Below, piece by piece: positions 56,592 to 64,000 of a DNA stretch of 64,000 bases; the first letter of the stretch is position 1; each line of letters opens with the position of its first letter. The notes under the pieces are model-generated. The model had not been told where the DNA came from. It saw only the letters and a list, made by a program, of their open reading frames with translations, and searched no databases. The stretch spans positions 3,278 to 67,277 of the forward strand of contig CACZST010000036.1 in assembly GCA_902783895.1 (NCBI GenBank), given 5' to 3'. Position numbers and translations under genes: made by a program. The stretch comes from an uncultured Erysipelotrichaceae bacterium (GTDB taxonomy: Bacteria > Bacillota_I > Bacilli_A > RF39 > UBA660).

Positions 56592-57765
56592 CGATAATAT
56601 CTAATGCTTCTAATTTTTTACCTTCAAGATATGTTAAACTTGCGCCTCCACCTGTTGATAAGTGGTCCATTTTATCTTCAAATCCAAATTTAGTAACTGC
56701 ACTGATGGTATCACCACCACCAATTACTTTATAGGCATCTGTATTTGCGATGATTTCGCATAAGCTTTTTGTTCCTTCTTCAAATGGCTTATATTCAAAG
56801 CAGCCCATAGGTCCATTCCAGAAGATGGTTTTACTATCTTCAAGATATTGTTTAAATACTTTTATTGTACCTACCCCAATATCTAAGCCCATTTCGTCTT
56901 CTTCGATTTCATTTATAAATCTTAAATGGGTTTTTGCATCATTAGAAATTTTATCACTTGTGATTATATCTATTGGTAAAATTATTTTTTCTGGGTATTC
57001 ATCTAATAATTTTTGACATTCTGAAAGTTTATCTTTTTCAAGTAAGGAACTACCAATAGAAAATCCAGCAGCTTTTAAGAATGTGAAGGCCATTCCGCCA
57101 CCTATTAATATATAATCAGCTTTTTTAACTAAATTTTTTATTAAATCTAATTTATCACTTACTTTGGCTCCTCCTAAAACTATAACATAAGGTTTTTTAG
57201 GATTTTTTAGTAATTTATTTAGGACTTTTATTTCTTTATTTACAAGCATCCCAAGACCACTTGGTAAGTTTGAGGCGATACCAACATTTGAAGCATGATT
57301 TCGATGGATGGTTCCAAAAGCATCATTAATAAAAATATCACCTAAATTAGCCCAATATTTTCCGAGTTCTTTGTCATTTTTGCTTTCTTTTTTTCCATCT
57401 AAATCTTCAAATCTGGTATTTTCAAGTAAAATAATTTCTTTTTCTTTCATTTGTTTTACGGCATTTTCTACTTCCTTGCCTTTTGTTTTATTTATAAACT
57501 TTACTTTCTTTTTAAGCAATTTAGATAATTCATCACTTACTAATTTTAGTGAATATTTTTCTTTATCTTTGTCTTCTTTTATTCTTCCAAGATGAGAAAG
57601 CAAGATTACTTTTCCTCCATGATTAACTGCATATCTGATTGTTTTTAAACTTGATTTTATTCTTGTATTATCAGTTATTTTACCATCTTCCATAGGGACA
57701 TTAAAATCACATCTGATAATTACTTTTTTTCCTTTTAAATCGAAATCTTTTATTTGTTTTTTCAT
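56578..57765 (-). CDS. pgk: phosphoglycerate kinase
   Basis: 'VIIRCDFNVP', 'LLSHLGR', 'GGAKVSDK', 'FWNGPMG', 'STGGGASL'. Confidence 0.95.
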   Translation of the reverse strand: MKKQIKDFDLKGKKVIIRCDFNVPMEDGKITDNTRIKSSLKTIRYAVNHGGKVILLSHLGRIKEDKDKEKYSLKLVSDELSKLLKKKVKFINKTKGKEVENAVKQMKEKEIILLENTRFEDLDGKKESKNDKELGKYWANLGDIFINDAFGTIHRNHASNVGIASNLPSGLGMLVNKEIKVLNKLLKNPKKPYVIVLGGAKVSDKLDLIKNLVKKADYILIGGGMAFTFLKAAGFSIGSSLLEKDKLSECQKLLDEYPEKIILPIDIITSDKISNDAKTHLRFINEIEEDEMGLDIGVGTIKVFKQYLEDSKTIFWNGPMGCFEYKPFEEGTKSLCEIIANTDAYKVIGGGDTISAVTKFGFEDKMDHLSTGGGASLTYLEGKKLEALDIIDEKE

Positions 57766-57783
57766 GACTTCCTCCTTGATTTT

Positions 57784-58149
57784 TTAGTTTGTATAAGTAT
57801 ATATTAGTGTACAGTCATTCAAAGTTATATTTACTGTACTTGCTTCATTAATTATTTTTTGATTAGTTTCAGGGTTTACTGTACTACCATCTAAGAAACC
57901 TTCTTTTACTAATTTTTCGGTTGTTATAGCTCCTGTCCCTGTACAGTTTTTTAAGTTTGTAAAACTATCTGGATGAGTTTCAACGTATGATTCAGCAGCA
58001 TTTTCAACGGTTGCTTTAAATTCTGCAATTTCATTTTCTTTGGATGCTTTATTAGTAGTTATTAATGATGGTACTGATACTAAAACAATGACACCCAATA
58101 TTACTAATATTCCTAAAAGTTCAACTAGTGTAAATCCTCTTTTCATCAT
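57784..58149 (-). CDS. type IV pilin / pseudopilin-like protein
   Basis: 'MMKRGFTLVELLGILVILGV'. Stop is 18 nt upstream of the pgk start. Confidence 0.75.
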   Translation of the reverse strand: MMKRGFTLVELLGILVILGVIVLVSVPSLITTNKASKENEIAEFKATVENAAESYVETHPDSFTNLKNCTGTGAITTEKLVKEGFLDGSTVNPETNQKIINEASTVNITLNDCTLIYTYTN

Positions 58150-58284
58150 CTTTCACCTATTTAATATTATAAAGCAAATGGCTATTAATAACAAGTTTTA
58201 TTTGTAATTAAATAGATGGGTTCCATTTTAAATTTTACAATATTTTATAAAAAATGTATAATTATTTTAAGGAGGTCTTGTTTT

Positions 58285-58479
58285 ATGGAAAAAGATTTAA
58301 CAAAATATAGAGGTAACGTTGATGATTTTGTTAGAAGAGTTCGTGATGCGATGAGACAAGAAGGATTAGAACCAACAGAGGAAACACTTAATGAAGCAAG
58401 GAAAATTGCGCTTGGTCAAGTAGACGCTAAAGATATTGTAGATGACATTGTTGAGTCAAGGGTTGCTAAGGGAAAATAA
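58285..58479 (+). CDS. VbhA-type antitoxin of a class I Fic module
   Basis: 64 aa with 'RDAMRQEGLEPTEETL', like the VbhA inhibitory helix (S/T)xxxE(G/N) but with Ala at the S/T position. GGAGG RBS. Confidence 0.65.
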   Translation: MEKDLTKYRGNVDDFVRRVRDAMRQEGLEPTEETLNEARKIALGQVDAKDIVDDIVESRVAKGK

Positions 58480-58480
58480 T

Positions 58481-59200
58481 ATGGAATATAGAGATAATTT
58501 TAGTTTTAATGATAGTATATACTGTTACCCAAATAGTGATGTTTTAAGAAATAAACTTGGCATCCATGATAAAGATGAACTTGAAAAAACAGAAGCAGCA
58601 ATAATTGGACCAAAAATTGCTCAATTATTCTTAAGTGGTACTACTATTTTAAAAGGGCCTAAGGGAAGATTTGATTTTAATCATTTAAAGGCAATTCATA
58701 GATATTTATTTGAAGATTTATATGACTTTGCGGGAGAAGTTCGAAAGGTCGATGTGGCTAAGGGTCATATTTTCTGTAATTATTTGAATATTGATTCTGA
58801 AGCTTTGAGAATATTTGATGAACTTAGATCAGAAAATTATTATTTAGCATATGATTTTGCTGAAACTATGGAAAAAATTGTTCACTTATTTATTGAAATT
58901 GATGCACTTCATCCTTTTAGAGAAGGAAACGGAAGAAGTCAAAGAGAATTTGCGGAAGAGCTTGCGAAAATAAACGGAATATGTTTAGATTTAACTAGAA
59001 TTTCAAAGGAAGAAATGGTTTATGCTTGTGGTTTGGCAGTTAATGGTGATTATTCTATGATTACTAATTTATTTTTTGATAATGCTGAAGAAAAGCCTGA
59101 AAAGCAGGATGAATATTTAGATAAATATATGGACCCTATTTTATGTGCGAAAGCCGTAGTTCAATGTGAAAAAGATAAAAGAAGAAAAAGAAAAAAGTAA
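58481..59200 (+). CDS. Fic-domain toxin (AMP-transferase type)
   Basis: Canonical 'HPFREGNGRSQREF'. The ATG starts 1 nt after the antitoxin stop. Confidence 0.8.
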   Translation: MEYRDNFSFNDSIYCYPNSDVLRNKLGIHDKDELEKTEAAIIGPKIAQLFLSGTTILKGPKGRFDFNHLKAIHRYLFEDLYDFAGEVRKVDVAKGHIFCNYLNIDSEALRIFDELRSENYYLAYDFAETMEKIVHLFIEIDALHPFREGNGRSQREFAEELAKINGICLDLTRISKEEMVYACGLAVNGDYSMITNLFFDNAEEKPEKQDEYLDKYMDPILCAKAVVQCEKDKRRKRKK

Positions 59201-59217
59201 TGAATTTCATTACTTTT

Positions 59218-60222
59218 TTACATTTTAGATAAATATTTTGCCGTTCTGACCATTTGAGCACTATAACTCATTTCATTATCATACCAGGCAATTATTTTTA
59301 CTAACTGTCCATCTTCAGTTTCAATAACATTGGTAAGTAGTGAATCTACTATAGCTCCGTGAGTTTCACCAATTATATCACTTGAAACGATTGGGTCTTC
59401 AGTATATCCTAATGTTTCATTTGTATTATTTTTTAAAACATTATTTATTTCTTCTTTGGTTACGTTTTTATTTAACTGTAGTGTTAAATCAACTAATGAT
59501 CCTGTTGTTACTGGAACTCTTAATGCATTACCATCTAATTTCCCATTTAATGATGGGATTACTTTACCAATAGCAGATGCAGCTCCTGTAGTTGAGGGAA
59601 CGATATTAGCTGCGGCTGCTCGTCCCCTTCTTGAGTTTGCTCCTTTTGGGTGAGCAACATCTAAAACTGTTTGGTCATTTGTGTAAGCATGAACGGTAGT
59701 CATAAATCCTTTTTCGATACCAAATTCATCATTAATAACATTAACAACTGGGGCTAAACAATTAGTTGTACAAGATGCCGCACTTATAATTGTTTCACTT
59801 CCATCTAAGATGTTTTCATTAACACCATAAACTATTGTTTTTAAATCACCTTTAGCTGGTGCGGATATTATTACTTTTTTAGCGCCAGCATTTGTATGTG
59901 CTTCGGCTTTTTCTTTACTTGTAAAGTGTCCAGTGCATTCAAAAACAACATCAATATCTAAATCTTTCCAAGGAAGTAAGTTTGGATCTTTTTCTGCATA
60001 CACTTTTATTTTTTTACCCTTTACAATAATGCCATCTTCGTCATAACTTATTTCATTTGGCATGTATTTACGATGTGAAGTATCATATTTTAAAAGGTAA
60101 GCTAGCTGCATTGGATCTGTAAGATCATTTATCGCAACAACTTCTAACTGTGGATCTTCTTCCATTATTCTAAATACTAATCTTCCGATTCTTCCGAATC
60201 CGTTTATTGCTACTTTTGTCAT
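59218..60222 (-). CDS. gap: glyceraldehyde-3-phosphate dehydrogenase
   Basis: 'INGFGRIGR', 'SCTTNCLAP', 'WYDNE'. Confidence 0.95.
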   Translation of the reverse strand: MTKVAINGFGRIGRLVFRIMEEDPQLEVVAINDLTDPMQLAYLLKYDTSHRKYMPNEISYDEDGIIVKGKKIKVYAEKDPNLLPWKDLDIDVVFECTGHFTSKEKAEAHTNAGAKKVIISAPAKGDLKTIVYGVNENILDGSETIISAASCTTNCLAPVVNVINDEFGIEKGFMTTVHAYTNDQTVLDVAHPKGANSRRGRAAAANIVPSTTGAASAIGKVIPSLNGKLDGNALRVPVTTGSLVDLTLQLNKNVTKEEINNVLKNNTNETLGYTEDPIVSSDIIGETHGAIVDSLLTNVIETEDGQLVKIIAWYDNEMSYSAQMVRTAKYLSKM

Positions 60223-60239
60223 ATTTATTTTTCCTTTCT

Positions 60240-61892
60240 TTATATTTCTCTACCAATAAATTCTCTTAAAACTGATTCTTTAGGAACAAATTCACTAGTT
60301 ATTGGTAAGAAATTTTTTAGTAAGTTAAGTAATCTTATGGCCTCAGGATATTGTTTTGATGTACTGTCGATTCCAAATAAAAGAGGTTCAGCGTAAGTTC
60401 TTAAAACATTTAGTTCATATCCTAATGATGAATTGATTATTTCATCAGCATCATCTTGATATGGATAAATGCTTTCTCTTGCTTCTTTATCAACATTTGG
60501 CCACATTTCTAGAGTGTTTTCAGCTTTAGTTCCGCGGCAACGATTATCTCTAACAATTCTTCTTATTTTTCTAACGTCAGTTGTATGGACTCTATTGTGA
60601 TTATCTAATTTTAAATGCATAAGTGGACTTATGAATATTTTAAATTTGTTTTCCCTATCTATTGTTTCGGTTAAATCATCATTTAAGGTATGAATTCCTT
60701 CAACAATCAATATATCACCTGGTTTTAGCTGCAGAACTCTATTACTTAATTTACCATCACCGGTTACAAAATCGTATTCAGGTAGTCTTACTTTTTCACC
60801 TTTTAATAGATCATTTATGTTATTGTTAAATAATTTTGTATCAATAGCTTTTATATCGGCAAAATCATATTTACCATCTTCATCTTTTGGTATTTTACTT
60901 CTGCTTACAAAATAATCATCTAAAGAAATGCGGTAGGATGTGATTCCCTGAACTTTTAAATATAAAGCTAATTTATTAGCAGTGGTTGTTTTTCCAGATG
61001 AGGATGGCCCTGCGAGTAATATTATTTTAATTTTATCTTTATTTTTACTAATTTTATTAGCAACTGAGAATATTTGCTCTTCATAGTGAGCTTCAAATAA
61101 ATCTACTGCTGTTTTATATAAACTTTCAGTTCCTAATTTGTTTAAATCAGCAACTGCAGTGATTCCTACTAGTCTTCCCCATTTTTGGTAATTTTTATAC
61201 GTATCAAAAGTTAATTTATGATGATTATATTCGTGAACATGATTAGGATCATTAGGTCCTGGATGAGATATTATAAAGCTATTATCTTTTAAATAAATAA
61301 TTTTGAATTGGCTCATAATACCAGTATTATATACAAGAGGTCCGAAAAAGTAATCATATACACCATCTAAGGAATATAAGGTGATTGTTTTATTAGTTGT
61401 ATACTTTAAATTATTAACTTTGTCTAATTGATGATGTCTTTTAAAATATTTAATAGCTTCAAACCTATCAACATACATTTCTTGATATGGAATTTCTCTT
61501 TCAACCATTTCACGCATTTTTTCTTCTATTTTATCGATGGTATATTTATTTATTTTTTGACCTGTTATCTCGCAGAATATACCGTTATCTAGGGAATAAT
61601 TAATTAAAATATCTGACTTTTCATCTAATACCCTTTTTGCGGCTACTGTTACTAAAAATTCTAAACTTCTAGCGTAAATTCGGTTGCCGACTGTTGTTGA
61701 TAAATCATAAAATTCTACTTTATTATTACTATTTATTTCAGTATTAAGTCCAACTATAAACTCACCTAATTTTGCGCCGACAATTGGGCATGAATATTCA
61801 TTTTGAACTAATTTACTTATTTCAAATAGTTTTGTTTTTGGGGTTATGTTATCGATATATATATCTTTATATTTAAGTTTTAAGTTCCTCAT
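60240..61892 (-). CDS. uridine kinase/PRK-family P-loop protein with N-terminal TGS-like extension
   Basis: Walker A '[17 protein letters not shown]', 'LIVEGIH'. Lies 17 nt upstream of gap. Confidence 0.6.
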   Translation of the reverse strand: MRNLKLKYKDIYIDNITPKTKLFEISKLVQNEYSCPIVGAKLGEFIVGLNTEINSNNKVEFYDLSTTVGNRIYARSLEFLVTVAAKRVLDEKSDILINYSLDNGIFCEITGQKINKYTIDKIEEKMREMVEREIPYQEMYVDRFEAIKYFKRHHQLDKVNNLKYTTNKTITLYSLDGVYDYFFGPLVYNTGIMSQFKIIYLKDNSFIISHPGPNDPNHVHEYNHHKLTFDTYKNYQKWGRLVGITAVADLNKLGTESLYKTAVDLFEAHYEEQIFSVANKISKNKDKIKIILLAGPSSSGKTTTANKLALYLKVQGITSYRISLDDYFVSRSKIPKDEDGKYDFADIKAIDTKLFNNNINDLLKGEKVRLPEYDFVTGDGKLSNRVLQLKPGDILIVEGIHTLNDDLTETIDRENKFKIFISPLMHLKLDNHNRVHTTDVRKIRRIVRDNRCRGTKAENTLEMWPNVDKEARESIYPYQDDADEIINSSLGYELNVLRTYAEPLLFGIDSTSKQYPEAIRLLNLLKNFLPITSEFVPKESVLREFIGREI

Positions 61893-62001
61893 GTTAGCCT
61901 CCTTTTACTATAAACAGTTTACCAAAAATATCTTATTTTGTCACTTATTTGTATGAATAAAAGACTTTATTTACACCTAATATAAATTAGGAGGGATAAT
62001 T

Positions 62002-62583
62002 ATGTCATTAGTACCAACAGTTTTAGAAAAGAGTTATGATGGTGAAATGTCTTATGATATTTATTCGAGACTTTTAAAAGATAGAATTATTATGCTTAGT
62101 GGTGAGATTGATGATGATTTAGCAAATAGTGTGGTGGGTCAACTTCTTTATTTAGATTCAGTTAATAATGACCCAATAAGTGTATATATTAATTCACCTG
62201 GTGGTAGTATTACATCAGGTATGGCTATTTATGATACAATGAATTTTATTAAAAGTGATGTGTCAACTATTTGTATTGGCATGGCTGCAAGTATGGCTGC
62301 ATTTTTACTTTCATGTGGAACTAAAGGACTTAGGTATGCGCTTCCAAATAGTGAGGTCATGATTCATCAACCATTAGGTGGAGCGAAGGGTCAAGCTACA
62401 GAAATTAAAATTGCGGCTGAAAGAATTATCAAATTAAAAGACAAGATTAATAAAATATTAAGTGAAAATACAGGTCAGAAGCTTTCGAAAATTCAAAATG
62501 ATACAGAGAGGGATTATTTTTTATCTTCGTATGAAGCTTTAGATTATGGTTTAATTGATAAGGTAATAGAAAAACAACTTTAA
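62002..62583 (+). CDS. clpP: ATP-dependent Clp protease proteolytic subunit
   Basis: '[16 protein letters not shown]', catalytic '[11 protein letters not shown]', 'MIHQPLGG'. Confidence 0.95.
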   Translation: MSLVPTVLEKSYDGEMSYDIYSRLLKDRIIMLSGEIDDDLANSVVGQLLYLDSVNNDPISVYINSPGGSITSGMAIYDTMNFIKSDVSTICIGMAASMAAFLLSCGTKGLRYALPNSEVMIHQPLGGAKGQATEIKIAAERIIKLKDKINKILSENTGQKLSKIQNDTERDYFLSSYEALDYGLIDKVIEKQL

Positions 62584-62595
62584 TAGTTGTTTTTA

Positions 62596-63264
62596 TTATA
62601 AATCTACTGTACTTTGATTATCATATGTGATGACTTTTACTTCATAGTTTAATTTTTGTTTTAAGTCTTTTTCTATTTCGCTATTTAATAGTTTGGAATA
62701 TTCGTTTTTTCTGTTTAAATTTTCAAGCCAATTATCTTTTGAATTAGATAAATCATATCTGAAACCAATTACTAAACTGTTGTTTGGTGAGAAAAATCTC
62801 TCACTGGTATTTGGTCCAAAATTTAAGAAGTAATTATTTTCTATTTTTTCATTTTTCTCTTCAATAAGCTTTTTATATGTTTTTTCAATAAAGTTTATAC
62901 TTTCATCATCTAAATTGTAATCAACATTACTCATTTTTCTTATTAAAAATTGTTTTTCCTCTTCATTTAATCTTTCAACATATATATTATTTCTTACATA
63001 GTAATAATTTAACCCTGCATTATTATAATATTGGTAAAAATCTTTAGCTTCATTTTTTACTTTTTTAAAGTCTAAATCACTATTTAAGATTAAGTCATCA
63101 TATTTTTGAAGGGAAATATATTTTATATATTTGTTTAGCAATGTTCTATATATGGTACTTAAATGTAAATATAAAATTCTATCTTGTTTTTCTAAATTAT
63201 TATAATAATTTAAACCTACTGTTGGGAAAATAGTCTTGTGACTTTCATCAATCATGTATATCAT
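62596..63264 (-). CDS. hypothetical protein
   Basis: ORF track only. Lies 1 nt downstream of the preceding gene. Confidence 0.35.
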   Translation of the reverse strand: MIYMIDESHKTIFPTVGLNYYNNLEKQDRILYLHLSTIYRTLLNKYIKYISLQKYDDLILNSDLDFKKVKNEAKDFYQYYNNAGLNYYYVRNNIYVERLNEEEKQFLIRKMSNVDYNLDDESINFIEKTYKKLIEEKNEKIENNYFLNFGPNTSERFFSPNNSLVIGFRYDLSNSKDNWLENLNRKNEYSKLLNSEIEKDLKQKLNYEVKVITYDNQSTVDL

Positions 63265-63265
63265 A

Positions 63266-64000
63266 TTATTTTCCTACCTTTAATGTTGAAGAAATGATAC
63301 TAAAGTTATTACCTTTTAAGTCTTCCCATGGAACAGTGAATGATTTACCAAATGTGGATGTTGTCAATCCTTTTTCATCTACACCTGTTACATATGTGCA
63401 ATTATCAGAATTTGCAACATTATCATACCATGTATGTACATCGTATGTTTTGGCATTATTATTCAATGTTTCTGCCTTATTTTGTGTTTGCGCGGTATTT
63501 AATGTTTCTGTAGTGTTTTGTGTTTGCGCAATTTTATCATTAGGTATTAATCTAATATCATTATTAGCATCTGTTTCACTATTTCTAATGGATAGTGTTA
63601 CTTTATTATTATTTTCTAGTTCATTTGTTACAGCTTGTTTTATTTTATTTGTATCATATTCATTTGTTCCATCTTTATAAAATTCTTTTGAATTTTCTTT
63701 TCCTAGTAATGTTTTAGAAGAATAATTTGAATCTTCATTTTTGTCTTTTAAATATTTATTGATAGTTTCATCATCAAATTTTTCATCTTTTATTAAAGTT
63801 TTTTGGTTTTCAAATACATTATTTCCTTTTTTTACACTTTCTGGATCAATAGTTACTTTTCCATCTTTATCTTTAACAAATAATTTATCATTATTAGTGA
63901 TAAACATATTTGTCATTAGTGCAGCCGAGTTAAGAGCTCCACTTTTATTGTACATACTAAAGCCAAAGTCTTTTTCGAATTGTTCTGGATTATTTTTGTA
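63266..64000 (-). CDS. hypothetical protein, probably 5'-truncated by the window edge
   Basis: The frame stays open upstream of the track ATG (63955) to nt 64000 (...YKNNPEQFEKDFGFS-MYNKS...). Contains a 36-bp tandem duplication. Confidence 0.4.
   Translation of the reverse strand, partial: YKNNPEQFEKDFGFSMYNKSGALNSAALMTNMFITNNDKLFVKDKDGKVTIDPESVKKGNNVFENQKTLIKDEKFDDETINKYLKDKNEDSNYSSKTLLGKENSKEFYKDGTNEYDTNKIKQAVTNELENNNKVTLSIRNSETDANNDIRLIPNDKIAQTQNTTETLNTAQTQNKAETLNNNAKTYDVHTWYDNVANSDNCTYVTGVDEKGLTTSTFGKSFTVPWEDLKGNNFSIISSTLKVGK
63462..63533 (-). repeat. 2 x 36-bp imperfect tandem repeat inside the CDS
   Basis: 'aatgtttctg' recurs at 63465 and 63501. Encodes AQTQNTTETLNT / AQTQNKAETLNN. 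Confidence 0.7.

Noticed and set aside
61940-61965. CtsR operator upstream of clpP (ttttgtcacttatttgtat).
   Set aside because: It only loosely resembles the reverse complement of the GGTCAAA-NAN-GGTCAAA direct repeat. There are multiple mismatches per heptad and the spacing is wrong.
1-64000. Alternative genetic code (Mollicutes-type UGA=Trp) given the AT-richness and Mollicutes-like features.
   Set aside because: Standard-code ORFs give full-length, collinear Pgk, Gap, Obg, DnaE, ParC/E and ClpP, so no read-through of TGA is needed.
1-64000. CRISPR array, rRNA or intact tRNA genes.
   Set aside because: Reading the intergenic regions found no regularly spaced direct repeats, no rRNA-like sequence and no complete cloverleaf. 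The only tRNA-like sequence (33205..33239) is a fragment.

Overview
Very AT-rich chromosomal window from a low-GC, spore-forming Firmicute (Clostridia/Erysipelotrichia-like; spo0A, spoVID, ysxE, sspI and YjcZ-like peptides are present). It uses the standard code 11. Most of it is core housekeeping. This includes a split and inverted dcw cell-division cluster (spoVD-like PBP, mraY, ftsW on +; mraZ, rsmH, ftsL, pbp2B on -). Also present are cls, prsA, recX, lemA, dnaE, rpmB, obg, parE-parC, nrnA, dusB, clpP and a mosaic glycolytic operon (gap ... pgk ... tpiA). Accessory content includes a SrtB sortase plus a 1225-aa vWA/CnaB adhesin with a PPQTG sorting signal, and scattered orphan type IV pilin-like genes. 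There is also a duplicated Rpn-type nuclease locus with a conserved 164-nt leader and a canonical VbhA/Fic toxin-antitoxin pair. The main accessory feature is a ~8.4 kb island (28.6-36.9 kb) between a two-component system and the obg terminator. The island carries dinD with a LexA-box promoter, a non-canonical Fic protein, and a two-gene operon of unknown function. It also holds two tandem paralogous DUF3883-like PD-(D/E)xK proteins convergent with a SWIM zinc-finger protein. That last module is my best candidate for an undescribed, defence-like system. Other notable signals are a T18 homopolymer filling a 17-nt promoter spacer, an in-frame TAA in a TrmH-family gene, MraZ boxes, and unannotated micro-ORFs. 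All calls rest on reading the sequence and on remembered family motifs. No database search was possible.
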